A stretch of DNA of 64,000 bases from Candidatus Ozemobacteraceae bacterium (GTDB taxonomy: Bacteria; Muiribacteriota; Ozemobacteria; Ozemobacterales; Ozemobacteraceae), in NCBI GenBank assembly GCA_035342015.1, contig DAOQWI010000001.1, positions 270 to 64,269 of the forward strand, read 5' to 3'. A program made the translations under genes and the position numbers. Each line of letters opens with the position of its first letter. Positions within the stretch are counted from its first letter, which is position 1. The notes below the pieces were generated by a model. It worked only from the letters and a program-made list of their open reading frames with translations, was not told the DNA's origin and did not search any database. Shown here one piece after another: positions 45,188-54,743 of this stretch.

Positions 45188-46549
45188 TCAGCGAGCGACT
45201 TTACCCCTGCCACTGAAAACATAGACCATGCGGCCTTCAGCGTCTCTGTCCATATTGATGTTCTCAAGAACCGGAGTAAAGGGCAGGCCCTTTCGAATGT
45301 TTTCAGAGCCGCGTTTCAAAAACCAGTTGATGCCCTGCCCGCCAATATAACTGGTTATTTCAGAGGCAATGGCATCATCGACGATCAGAAGCACTTCTCT
45401 GAAGGTGACCTGACCTTCTTTCGGCACAAGAACGCCAACTGCCTTAACCGAAACCAGCCCGGTAACATCGGTGCCCTGCAAAAAGATCAGATTGCGGCTG
45501 CCGGTGTTTTTAAATTCGATAGCCTGCTCACTGACAGCATTTTTGGCATTGACTACCGCAATTTCGGTGTTGCCATCGAGCTCTTTGATTATGTCCGCAA
45601 TGCCACCGGTCTTTTTAAAGGGCATTTTCCAGACCTGGCCTGGGGCAAAAGAACCCATTTCATAGGCAGCCTCGCCGACCTGGGGCATTACATTGAGCTG
45701 TTCCTCATCCTGAACGATGCGGTAGCGGTTAAAGTGTGCATCGCCAAGCACATCGTCGACTTCGGTGGCATTACTGTTATCAAGAGCGCTCAGACTGACT
45801 TCTGCAAAGCCGAGTTCGGCTTCGATAACAGACAGACCGTTCGGAGCGACAAAGTTCTGCACGAATATTTCCATGTCGAAGCGGTTTTCGGGCAGAAGTT
45901 TCACTTTAACACCGAGTTTGCCGGGTTCGGGAATCACCGTCGCCAGCTTGGCAAGCAAATTAGCCTCGCGGGCCGGCGAAATTTTGCCTGGTGCGCCATC
46001 TTCACTCATAACCTCAATACTGATGCGTTTGTCTTCCGGCACCTTCAAAAAGCCCTTCTGGGCCTTTCTGATTTTAGCTTCGAGCCGCTTGCGCTTTTGT
46101 TCCAGACTGTTGCGGTCGACCGTGTCGAGGTCGGGCAGACTTGGGTCAAGGTAACGTTCAACCGTGGTTATGAGAGTATCTATCTCTTCGCTCAGATCTT
46201 TATTTGGAACCACTTCAGGCTGAATCTTCGCAAACTGCAGTCTCTTGAACGCCTTTTCGAGAGGCACTTCGAACATGGTGCGCGCTGATTTTCTAGCCTT
46301 AAGCTGCTCGGCGGCATTGATCAGTTCAACAAAAGGTGCAAGATCATAATCACGTTCAAGTGAAAGGCGCAACTGTTCATCGATCTCGCCAACTTTGGTC
46401 ACAAAATCAGGGGAATGAACCCCTTCGTTCCCGGTAGAAAAAGCCGAAGTCATTTCCTTGATCAGGTTTCCCATTTCGCTGTCGGCCATGGCAACGCCTG
46501 GCATAAACAACGCCAGCATCAGAAAAAGAACGTAAAGGCGGTTCTTCAT
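45188..46549 (-). CDS. hypothetical secreted protein
   Basis: Start chosen at the internal Met MKNRLYVLFLMLALFMPGVAMA (clear signal peptide), with a GGAGGA RBS 5 nt upstream. No recognisable catalytic motifs. Confidence 0.45.
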   Translation of the reverse strand: MKNRLYVLFLMLALFMPGVAMADSEMGNLIKEMTSAFSTGNEGVHSPDFVTKVGEIDEQLRLSLERDYDLAPFVELINAAEQLKARKSARTMFEVPLEKAFKRLQFAKIQPEVVPNKDLSEEIDTLITTVERYLDPSLPDLDTVDRNSLEQKRKRLEAKIRKAQKGFLKVPEDKRISIEVMSEDGAPGKISPAREANLLAKLATVIPEPGKLGVKVKLLPENRFDMEIFVQNFVAPNGLSVIEAELGFAEVSLSALDNSNATEVDDVLGDAHFNRYRIVQDEEQLNVMPQVGEAAYEMGSFAPGQVWKMPFKKTGGIADIIKELDGNTEIAVVNAKNAVSEQAIEFKNTGSRNLIFLQGTDVTGLVSVKAVGVLVPKEGQVTFREVLLIVDDAIASEITSYIGGQGINWFLKRGSENIRKGLPFTPVLENINMDRDAEGRMVYVFSGRGKVAR

Positions 46550-46733
46550 TGTTTCCTCCAGAAAAACTTTGTCTTGATGCAGATTAGCATAATAAACAAC
46601 CCACCGCAAACTCTGCATATTTGCGCATTAAAAAGAATGCTCAACAGGGTACATGAAGTTACCCCCAAAAGTTACCCTGCCTTGTGAAGTAAAACAAATT
46701 CAACACATCCCGTCCGGACAAAGTCGACAAACA

Positions 46734-46760
46734 TGAAAAAACCCGCTTCAGCAGCGGGCT
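46734..46760 (-). terminator. intrinsic terminator of the tRNA operon
   Basis: Minus strand: CCCGCT-gctga-AGCGGG followed by TTTTTT, directly downstream of the last tRNA. Confidence 0.7.
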
Positions 46761-46798
46761 TATTAGACTTAATTAAACATCATTCGGGCAAAAAAAAA

Positions 46799-46871
46799 TG
46801 GAGCATGGCGGATTTGAACCGACGACCCACTGATTAAGAGTCAGTTGCTCTACCAGCTGAGCTAATGCTCC
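46799..46871 (-). tRNA. tRNA-Lys (anticodon CTT)
   Basis: Hand-folded cloverleaf GGAGCAT/ATGCTCC acceptor, anticodon loop CTCTTAA, T-loop TTCAAAT. No encoded CCA. Confidence 0.75.
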
Positions 46872-46901
46872 AAGGGTCTGCACAGGCAGACCCGATTTAA
46901 G

Positions 46902-46973
46902 TGAGCCGCGTTGGATTTGAACCAACGACCCCCTGATTAAAAGTCAGATGCTCTACCCCTGAGCTAGCGGCCC
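46902..46973 (-). tRNA. tRNA-Lys (anticodon TTT)
   Basis: Acceptor GGGCCGC/GCGGCTC, anticodon loop CTTTTAA, T-arm GTTGG-TTCAAAT-CCAAC. Confidence 0.8.
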
Positions 46974-46992
46974 GAAAAGAACGATAACAAAA

Positions 46993-47066
46993 CGCGCCTG
47001 GAAGGATTCGAACCCTCAACCTACGGATCCGAAGTCCGTTGCTCTATCCAATTGAGCTACAGGCGC
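46993..47066 (-). tRNA. tRNA-Arg (anticodon TCG)
   Basis: Acceptor GCGCCTG/CAGGCGC, anticodon stem ACGGA/TCCGT, loop CTTCGGA. Confidence 0.75.
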
Positions 47067-47073
47067 TCAACAG

Positions 47074-47146
47074 GGACGAAGACGGGGCTCGAACCCGCAA
47101 CCACAAGATCCACAATCTTGTGCACTACCATTGTGCTACTTCGTCC
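47074..47146 (-). tRNA. tRNA-His (anticodon GTG) with genomically encoded G-1
   Basis: 8-bp acceptor GGACGAAG/CTTCGTCC including the G-1:C73 pair. Anticodon loop TTGTGGA. Confidence 0.8.
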
Positions 47147-47182
47147 AAGGACGACAACTTAGTAAGCTTCCAAGCTGTCCAT

Positions 47183-47256
47183 CGCGCCAGAAGGGACTCG
47201 AACCCCTGGCCCGCAGCTTAGAAGGCTGCTGCTCTATCCAGCTGAGCTACTGGCGC
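47183..47256 (-). tRNA. tRNA-Arg (anticodon TCT)
   Basis: Acceptor GCGCCAG/CTGGCGC, anticodon stem GCAGC/GCTGC, loop CTTCTAA. Confidence 0.8.
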
Positions 47257-47272
47257 AACCAGAGAAAAAGAA

Positions 47273-47345
47273 AGCGGGAAACGGGACTTGAACCCGCGAC
47301 ATCCACCTTGGCAAGGTGGCGCTCTACCAACTGAGCTATTCCCGC
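47273..47345 (-). tRNA. tRNA-Gly (anticodon GCC)
   Basis: Acceptor GCGGGAA/TTCCCGC, anticodon stem CCACC/GGTGG, loop TTGCCAA, discriminator U. Confidence 0.8.
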
Positions 47346-47363
47346 AAACAACTTTGCAACCTA

Positions 47364-47436
47364 TCGGGGCGACTGGACTCGAACCAGCGGCCCTCTGGTC
47401 CCAAACCAGATGCGCTACCAACTGCGCTACGCCCCG
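47364..47436 (-). tRNA. tRNA-Pro (anticodon TGG)
   Basis: Acceptor CGGGGCG/CGCCCCG, anticodon stem TCTGG/CCAGA, loop TTTGGGA, discriminator A. Confidence 0.8.
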
Positions 47437-47466
47437 GTGCTGCGACCTTGCGTTGCAACGAAATGT

Positions 47467-47495
47467 ATATTAACAGAACTCGATTTTACAGTCAA
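47467..47495 (-). promoter_or_regulatory. near-consensus sigma70 promoter of the 7-tRNA operon
   Basis: Minus strand: TTGACT - 17 nt - TAATAT, with an AT-rich UP-like region upstream and tRNA-Pro beginning about 30 nt downstream. Confidence 0.65.
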
Positions 47496-47917
47496 GCATT
47501 TTTTGCATAAAAATTTTCTCAGCCTAAAATACAGTGTACAACCACATTTTCCCGATTCAAGACTTCTTCGACTTATAAAAAAATTCTTTTCAGCCAAAAT
47601 GGCCAGTTTAATTAATACCTGTCTGTCCCTTTTCCTATATACGGCCTTTAACAGCATGAGTCTGCTATTTTTTACTGCAAAACCGGGCAACAGCATTTAA
47701 CTCCTGAATTCCGCTTCCATACCAGACAATGAAAAGACAGCATCCATTACTTCTACTCCCAAGCCTTGAGCAATAGAGGCGAAAATCCTGCCCTGACGAG
47801 AGACAGAGGTATTTTAATGCGATCGCCGCAAGATAGGCAGTTGTTGTATCGGATAATTTCTGGTACATTGGCCGCAGATTTTTATCTTATACAGACACCC
47901 CGAAGAGGTGATACGAA

Positions 47918-49111
47918 ATGAAACAGATCTGCGTTATCGGCCTGGGCTACATTGGTCTACCAACCAGTTCGATACTGGCCGCCAAAGGTTATCAGGTACT
48001 GGGGGTAGACATCAGCCAGAAAGTGGTCGACACAATCAACAGTGGCAGAATACACATTACCGAGCCAGATCTTGATCTTTTCGTCAAAGCGGCGGTGCAG
48101 TCCGGAAAATTACGAGCTTCTCTCACACCTGAAAAAAGTGACGTTTTTATCATCGCCGTACCAACACCTTTCAAAGAAGACAAAAAACCAGAAATGTCTT
48201 TTGTACAGGCCGCAACCGAAAGCCTTGTCAAATTTCTGCAGCCTGGTAATCTCGTCATTCTCGAATCGACATCGCCGCCCAAAACCTGCGAAGAAATCAT
48301 CTCACCAATCATAAAAAAGGCCGGCTTTGTTCCTGGTAAAGACGTATTTCTTGCCCATTGCCCCGAAAGGGTTTTGCCTGGCCAGATAATGCGCGAGGTG
48401 GTAGAAAACGACCGGGTAATTGGCGGTCTGACACCTGAATGCGCCGAAAAAGCCAGACAACTCTACAGCAGTTTTGTGAAGGGGCAGATTCACATCACCG
48501 ATTCAACCACCGCTGAAATGGTTAAACTCGTTGAAAACAGCTTTCGCGATGTCAACATCGCCTTTGCCAATGAATTGTCAATTATCTGCGAACGCCTGCA
48601 TCTGAACGTCTGGGAACTCATCAAACTGGCCAATCTCCACCCCAGGGTTAACATATTAAGACCCGGACCTGGAGTTGGTGGGCACTGCATCGCTGTCGAT
48701 CCATGGTTCATCGTCGATGCCTGCCCTGAAGAAGCGAGACTGATAAAGACCGCCAGACTTGTAAATGACAGCAAACCCGAGCATGTGGTCCAAAAGGTGA
48801 CGCAGGCCGCAGGCCGCCTGAAAAACCCTGTAATCGGTGTGCTAGGGCTTTCATACAAACAGGACATCGACGATCTGCGCGAATCACCGGCGGTAGAAAT
48901 TGCTCACAGCCTGAAAGGCATGAATATTGGCAGACTCATGGTCTGCGAACCATTCTGCCAGAAGCACCCGGACTTTGAACTGTTTCAACTGGAACAGGTT
49001 CTCAAAGAAGCAGACATACTGGTTCTACTGGTCGCGCACCAGCAGTTCAGAAAAATTGCCCCCGAAATTCTCAAACCCAAAATCGTAATCGACACATGTG
49101 GAATCTGGTGA
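47918..49111 (+). CDS. nucleotide-sugar dehydrogenase (UDP-glucose/GDP-mannose dehydrogenase family; WecC/Cap5O-like UDP-ManNAc dehydrogenase)
   Basis: N-terminus MKQICVIGLGYIGLPTSSILAAKGYQVLGVDISQKVVDTINSGRIHITEPDL is a Rossmann GxGYxG. The catalytic Cys region reads GPGVGGHCIAVDP. A GAGGTG RBS is present. Confidence 0.85.
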   Translation: MKQICVIGLGYIGLPTSSILAAKGYQVLGVDISQKVVDTINSGRIHITEPDLDLFVKAAVQSGKLRASLTPEKSDVFIIAVPTPFKEDKKPEMSFVQAATESLVKFLQPGNLVILESTSPPKTCEEIISPIIKKAGFVPGKDVFLAHCPERVLPGQIMREVVENDRVIGGLTPECAEKARQLYSSFVKGQIHITDSTTAEMVKLVENSFRDVNIAFANELSIICERLHLNVWELIKLANLHPRVNILRPGPGVGGHCIAVDPWFIVDACPEEARLIKTARLVNDSKPEHVVQKVTQAAGRLKNPVIGVLGLSYKQDIDDLRESPAVEIAHSLKGMNIGRLMVCEPFCQKHPDFELFQLEQVLKEADILVLLVAHQQFRKIAPEILKPKIVIDTCGIW

Positions 49112-49115
49112 AAAA

Positions 49116-50627
49116 ATGAAATTATTACTGATTGACCCCCCGTTTAAAAGCTTTGCAGGCATTTTCAGCCTTTATTTTCCCCTCGGGCTGGCATATCTGG
49201 CTGGTGCCGCCAAAAAAGCCGGTTACGAATGCAGCATTCTCGACATGGATGCCGCCGAACCCAAAGAAGGTTCGCTCAATTTCTCGCGGGAGTATGAGAG
49301 CTACAACAGCTATATAACTGCCCTGAATGACCCGCAGCACCCGACCTGGAAGCTGATGCGCGAGCTGGTTGTCAAACAGAATCCTGATTTTATCGGAATT
49401 TCTGCATTGACGACCAAATTCGGTTCGGTAATTCAGACCGCCAGATTCTGCCGTGAGGTGCTGCCGGGGGTTCCGATAATTGTCGGCGGCGCACATGCTT
49501 CGACCATGCCCGCTCTTACCGCAAGCATTCCGGAAGTTGATTATGTTCTGCGCGGTGAAAGCGATGAGTCGCTCCCGGAACTGCTGAATGCAATACGAAA
49601 TCATGGGGATCTCAGCAAGGTTGGCAGCCTAACCTGGAAAAAGAACGGCCAGATGGTTCATAATCCTGACCGACCGTTCACCCAGAACCTCGACAGCCTG
49701 GCTCTGCCAGACCGCAGCGCCCTTCTCAACCCCGAACATTATTCATCAGAAGATATGGGTGTCATTCTGACTTCACGTGGTTGCCCTTTCAGATGCAGCT
49801 ACTGCTTTCACATGTGGGAACGCCGGGTGCGTTTCAGGTCGGTAGAATCAGTGATTTCAGAAATCATGGAAGTTCACAAAGCCTACGGCACCACACAGTT
49901 TTCGCTGAAAGACGACTCGTTCACGGTCAGGCGCAAACACGTTCTCGACCTTTGTGAAGCGTTCAAAAAGCTGCCTTTCAAGATAACCTTCAACTGCACA
50001 ACCCGCGTCGACATCCTTGACGACGAACTGGTCGCGGCAATGAAAGCTGCCGGCCTGGCGCAGTTGAGCGTTGGCATCGAATCAGGCTCTGCCGCAATTC
50101 TTAAAGAGACAGACAAAGATATTACGCACGCCCAGATCCTCAAGGCTGCAGAAATACTCAACCGACATGGGGTTTTCTGGACCGGCTACTTCATGATCGG
50201 GTTGCCAACCGAAACCGAAGAAGACATTCTTAAAACTGTCAAATTTCTGCGGCGGGCCAGACCATACTATGGTGGCCTTGGCGTCTACAGCCCGTTTCCA
50301 AAAACCAAGCTTTTCGATCAGGGGGTCGAAATGGGCCTTCTCGACCCAAACCCACCACTCGAACATTTTCTTAAAACGAACCCAAAAGATCTCTTCTTCA
50401 AAGATCCGGCAAGACGCGTGCTTCATATCGAACACAGCCGCTTTCAGGAACTCTCTGAATTCGCATCAAAAGAATTTCATAAGCACAATTCAAATCTGTT
50501 CAACCTGGTCAGACGTGGTTTTGCGCGACGCAAGGCCTATATGTATGACCCCTCGCTGCTCAGAAGAGACCTTGGCAGGGCTGTGGATTTCCTTGGCATC
50601 AAGCGATTCTTCGGCGGAGAGCACTGA
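49116..50627 (+). CDS. B12-binding domain-containing radical SAM protein (class B), third copy in window
   Basis: SRGCPFRCSYC (Cx3Cx2C). N-terminal B12-like region KLLLIDPPFKSF...LGLAYLAGAAKKAGYECSILDMD. ATG at 49116; an alternative GTG at 49098 would overlap the upstream gene. Confidence 0.7.
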   Translation: MKLLLIDPPFKSFAGIFSLYFPLGLAYLAGAAKKAGYECSILDMDAAEPKEGSLNFSREYESYNSYITALNDPQHPTWKLMRELVVKQNPDFIGISALTTKFGSVIQTARFCREVLPGVPIIVGGAHASTMPALTASIPEVDYVLRGESDESLPELLNAIRNHGDLSKVGSLTWKKNGQMVHNPDRPFTQNLDSLALPDRSALLNPEHYSSEDMGVILTSRGCPFRCSYCFHMWERRVRFRSVESVISEIMEVHKAYGTTQFSLKDDSFTVRRKHVLDLCEAFKKLPFKITFNCTTRVDILDDELVAAMKAAGLAQLSVGIESGSAAILKETDKDITHAQILKAAEILNRHGVFWTGYFMIGLPTETEEDILKTVKFLRRARPYYGGLGVYSPFPKTKLFDQGVEMGLLDPNPPLEHFLKTNPKDLFFKDPARRVLHIEHSRFQELSEFASKEFHKHNSNLFNLVRRGFARRKAYMYDPSLLRRDLGRAVDFLGIKRFFGGEH

Positions 50628-50630
50628 AAA

Positions 50631-52559
50631 ATGTGCGGAATTGCCGGATTCAGCGGAGATTTTTCCAGATCGTTACCCGGGCAGATGGTTGAAGCAATCA
50701 GCCATCGCGGGCCCGACGACCACGGAATCTGGATTGCAGACGACGGTCGAACTGCGCTTGGGCACGCCCGGCTGTCGATAATCGACCTGAGTCCCGATGC
50801 CCACCAGCCGATGACTAATGAAGACGGCAGTCTATGGCTGGTATTCAATGGTGAAATCTACAATTTCTCTGAACTGCGCGAGCTGCTGCTCCAGCGTGGA
50901 CACAAGCTTGCCAGTCGCTCAGACTCTGAAGTCCTGCTGCACCTGTATGAAGACGAAGGTGAAAAAATGCTGGCGCGGCTTAACGGCATCTTCGCCTTCG
51001 CCATTTACGACTGCAAAGCGCGAAAACTCTTCATAGCCCGCGACCACCTGGGCGTCAAACCTCTTTACTACGCTGAAACCAGTGCCGGCCTTGCGTTCTG
51101 TTCTGAACTGAAAGGGCTCCTGAGCTGCCCAGGGCTCGACCGCAGCATAGATATGCGGGCAGTCAATGCCCACCTTGCCTATATATGGAACCCGGCGCCG
51201 ATGACCATGTTCCGGGGCGTCAGAAAGCTTCTTCCCGGCAGTGCCTGCATCATTGAAAACGGAAAAATCAGCAGACAGTGGCAATGGTACACCCTGCCTT
51301 ACGACGGAACAAGGCTCGACCTGAGTTTTGCAGAATGTGCAAGAACCCTGACGGATCATCTAGAAACGGCAGTCAGACGCCAGCTGATCGCCGATGTTCC
51401 GGTGGGTGCTTTCCTTTCAGGTGGGCTCGATTCGAGCGCCATTGTCGCGATGATGCGCCGACTGATGCCTGAATCGCCAATTCGCTGTTACAGTATCGGC
51501 TTCAACGACGACGGTGAGGTCGAGGGCTGCCCGGCTGATCTCCCCTATGCCCGAAAAGTGGCAGAGCATCTGAAAGTCGATCTGACAGCCATCAGAGTTT
51601 CACCCGAGCAGCTGATTCAGAGAGTCAGCGAGCTCATCTGGTATCTGGATGAGCCTCAGGCAGACCCGGCACCGGTTAATGCAATGTTCATTGCCGAACA
51701 GGCCCGCAGAGACGGTATCAAAGTACTGCTCTCAGGCGCGGGTGGCGATGATATCTTTACCGGCTATCGACGGCACCTGGCGATGAAAACCGAATCGCTC
51801 TGGGGCTGGCTGCCGAGGCCAATACGAAGCCTGGCCGGACGCATTGCCTCTTCAAATGCGGATGTGAGAAATCCCTGGGCCAGACGCATGGTCAAGGTTC
51901 TGCAAAATGCCCATCTCAGTGACAAAGAACGGCTTCTGGCCTACTATCAATGGTCATCTGAAGATCTGAGAAAGAGTCTTTTCTCCGAAGCACACCGCGA
52001 AGAGGCTTTTTCAACAGCATGCACAAAGCCTCTGATCGACGCCATGGCTGAAATCGCAGATGAGAAAGACCCGATAAATCAGATGCTGTTCCTCGACAGC
52101 CGCTTTTTCCTGCCAGACCACAATCTCAACTATACCGACAAAACCTGCATGCGTTACGGCGTCGAGGCCAGGGTGCCGTTGCTCGACCCTGATCTGGTTG
52201 CTTTTGCCAGCAAAATCCCGACTGGTTTCAAACAGACCTTCACAAACGGCAAAGCCATTTTTAAAAAAGCCATGGAACCGTTTCTGCCACATCAGGTCAT
52301 TTACCGGCCAAAAACTGCTTTCGGAGCGCCGCTGCGCCAATGGGTGCGAAACGACCTGCGCGGCATCATCAGCGAACTGCTTTCGCCCGAAGTATTGCGC
52401 CAGCGCGGGATCTTTTCACCAGAAGCGGTCAGCAGACTCATGACCGATGACCAGGAAGGGCGCATCGATGGCAGTTATACGATTTTTTCACTTCTCTGCA
52501 TCGAAATATGGTGTCGACTCTTTATCGATCGAACCAGTTACCAGAACATCAAGATCTAA
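50631..52559 (+). CDS. asnB: asparagine synthase (glutamine-hydrolysing) family amidotransferase
   Basis: N-terminal nucleophile MCGIAGFSGD, PP-loop SGGLDSS, 642 aa. Its location in a glycan locus suggests a sugar-acid amidotransferase role (WbpS-like). Confidence 0.85.
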   Translation: MCGIAGFSGDFSRSLPGQMVEAISHRGPDDHGIWIADDGRTALGHARLSIIDLSPDAHQPMTNEDGSLWLVFNGEIYNFSELRELLLQRGHKLASRSDSEVLLHLYEDEGEKMLARLNGIFAFAIYDCKARKLFIARDHLGVKPLYYAETSAGLAFCSELKGLLSCPGLDRSIDMRAVNAHLAYIWNPAPMTMFRGVRKLLPGSACIIENGKISRQWQWYTLPYDGTRLDLSFAECARTLTDHLETAVRRQLIADVPVGAFLSGGLDSSAIVAMMRRLMPESPIRCYSIGFNDDGEVEGCPADLPYARKVAEHLKVDLTAIRVSPEQLIQRVSELIWYLDEPQADPAPVNAMFIAEQARRDGIKVLLSGAGGDDIFTGYRRHLAMKTESLWGWLPRPIRSLAGRIASSNADVRNPWARRMVKVLQNAHLSDKERLLAYYQWSSEDLRKSLFSEAHREEAFSTACTKPLIDAMAEIADEKDPINQMLFLDSRFFLPDHNLNYTDKTCMRYGVEARVPLLDPDLVAFASKIPTGFKQTFTNGKAIFKKAMEPFLPHQVIYRPKTAFGAPLRQWVRNDLRGIISELLSPEVLRQRGIFSPEAVSRLMTDDQEGRIDGSYTIFSLLCIEIWCRLFIDRTSYQNIKI

Positions 52560-52577
52560 GCCAGGAGCCGCAAGCAC

Positions 52578-54716
52578 ATGAAACAGATTCTGCAAAGCCT
52601 TAAAACCGGTCAGATTGAACTTGCCGAACTGCCGGTACCAAAAGTCAAAGCCGGTTCACTGCTGATCAAAACCAGTCGCACCCTGATTTCGCTCGGAACC
52701 GAGCGCATGCTGCTGAATTTCGGCAAGGCCGGCTGGGTCGATAAAGCCCGCCAGCAGCCCGACAAGGTTAAACAGGTTTTGCAGAAAATGAAAACCGACG
52801 GTCTGATGCCGACGGTCAATGCCGTGTTCAATAAACTCGATCAGCCTCTTGCCCTTGGCTACTCAAACGCCGGTATTGTTCTCGAAGTCGGAGCCGGGGT
52901 ATCCGGCTTTAAAAAAGGCGACCGGGTGGTATCCAATGGCAACCATGCTGAAGTCGTCTGTGTTCCGGCCAATCTCTGTGCCAGAATACCTGAAGAAGTC
53001 GATGACACCAGCGCCAGTTTCACCGTGGTTTCTGCAATTGCCCTTGAAGGCGTGCGCCTGATCAACCCGACGCTGGGCGAAAGCGTCGCGGTCATTGGCC
53101 TCGGCCTGATCGGTCTTCTGACCTGCCAGATACTGCAGGCAAATGGCTGCCGGGTCATAGGTTTCGATTTCGATCGCAGCAAGGTCGATCTCGCCCGCGA
53201 ATATGGCGTCTCGGCTTACGATATCTCGCGTGGCAACAGCCCGGTCGATCTGGCAATGAATTTTTCGCGTGGTTATGGCGTCGATGCGGTTATCATCACC
53301 GCAGCAACTTCAAGCAATGACCCGGTGCAGCAGGCACCGCAGATGTGCCGCAAGCGTGGCAGAGTCGTTCTTGTCGGTGTCTGCGGGCTCAATATTTCGC
53401 GCGATGATTTTTACAAGAAAGAAATTTCCTTCCAGGTTTCCTGTTCTTATGGTCCCGGGCGTTATGCCAGCGAATATGAAGAAAAGGGCCTCGATTACCC
53501 CATAGGTTTTGTAAGATGGACAGAGCAGCGAAATTTTGTTGCAGTGCTCGATCTCATGGCAACCGGCAAGCTTCGCACCGCTGAACTGGTAAGTCGGGAA
53601 ATTCCTTTTAACGAAGCTGAAGCAGCTTATGAGATGGTTTCAGAAGCCAAAGACATTCTCGGACTGGTTCTGAAATACGACGGTAAGGTCGACCTGGAAC
53701 AGAAATCTGTATTTCTGCAGGAAATCGCACAGCATCCGCCAACCGCATGCAACAAGGCAGTCATAGGCTTTATTGGAGCCGGCAACTACGCCGGCGGCAT
53801 GCTGATACCATCGTTCGCAAAAGCTGGTGCGGTATTAAAGACGATTGCCAGTGCCGGCGGCGTTTCAGGCAGCCACATTGGCAGTAAACACGGGTTTTCA
53901 ATCAGTACTACCGACACTGGCCGCATTTTCAACGACCCTGAAATAAATACGGTCGTGATCGCCACGAGACATGGTTCGCACGCGCGCTTCGTCATTGAAG
54001 CACTCAACAGCGGCAAGCACGTTTTCGTTGAAAAGCCACTATGTTTGAGCTTTGCCGAGCTCGAAGAGATTAAAGCCGCCTGGAAAAAAGCAGCCGAAAA
54101 AAAGCATCTGCATCTGATGGTCGGCTTCAACCGCAGATTTTCACCTCTTACCGCAGCGGCCGCTGAAAGTCTGAAAGGCGGTAACGCGCCATGCAGCATA
54201 ATTATCACTGCCAACGCAGGTCAGATACCGGTCGAGCACTGGACACACGACCTGGCAACCGGGGGCGGCAGAATAATTGGCGAAGGCTGCCATTTTATCG
54301 ATCTGATAAGACACCTGACCGGTCACCCGATTGTTTCGCTGCAGGCAGCGGCCATGACCAACCCGATGTCGCAGGATAAAATGCCCGATACCATGACCAT
54401 AACCATGGGCATGCGTGACGGCTCAATCGGCACTGTTCACTACTTTGCCAACGGCAGCAAAGACTTTCCGAAAGAAAGGGTCGAAGTTTTCTCGGCCGGG
54501 CGTATTCTTCAGATCGATAATTTTAAAAGTCTGCACTATTTCGGCTGGCCGGGAGCAAAAAACCAGTCTTTATGGGCTCAGGACAAAGGCCAGGAAGCAT
54601 GCGCCGCCGCTTTTATCAGAGCGGTTGAAAAAGGCCAGGCATGCCCCATCAGCATCGATGAGCTCGTTGAAGTTGCAGGCATGACTTTACAGGCGGGCGG
54701 GATTACACTAGACTGA
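52578..54716 (+). CDS. bi-domain oxidoreductase (N-terminal zinc-type alcohol dehydrogenase/MDR + C-terminal Gfo/Idh/MocA)
   Basis: MDR region GYSNAGIVLEVGAGVSGFKKGDRVV...VIGLGLIGLLTCQ. Gfo/Idh/MocA region VIGFIGAGNYAGGMLIPSF...VVIATRHGSHARFVIEALNSGKHVFVEKP. Confidence 0.8.
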   Translation: MKQILQSLKTGQIELAELPVPKVKAGSLLIKTSRTLISLGTERMLLNFGKAGWVDKARQQPDKVKQVLQKMKTDGLMPTVNAVFNKLDQPLALGYSNAGIVLEVGAGVSGFKKGDRVVSNGNHAEVVCVPANLCARIPEEVDDTSASFTVVSAIALEGVRLINPTLGESVAVIGLGLIGLLTCQILQANGCRVIGFDFDRSKVDLAREYGVSAYDISRGNSPVDLAMNFSRGYGVDAVIITAATSSNDPVQQAPQMCRKRGRVVLVGVCGLNISRDDFYKKEISFQVSCSYGPGRYASEYEEKGLDYPIGFVRWTEQRNFVAVLDLMATGKLRTAELVSREIPFNEAEAAYEMVSEAKDILGLVLKYDGKVDLEQKSVFLQEIAQHPPTACNKAVIGFIGAGNYAGGMLIPSFAKAGAVLKTIASAGGVSGSHIGSKHGFSISTTDTGRIFNDPEINTVVIATRHGSHARFVIEALNSGKHVFVEKPLCLSFAELEEIKAAWKKAAEKKHLHLMVGFNRRFSPLTAAAAESLKGGNAPCSIIITANAGQIPVEHWTHDLATGGGRIIGEGCHFIDLIRHLTGHPIVSLQAAAMTNPMSQDKMPDTMTITMGMRDGSIGTVHYFANGSKDFPKERVEVFSAGRILQIDNFKSLHYFGWPGAKNQSLWAQDKGQEACAAAFIRAVEKGQACPISIDELVEVAGMTLQAGGITLD

Positions 54717-54743
54717 AAATGAAAGGCTTATGAAACTTAAAAA

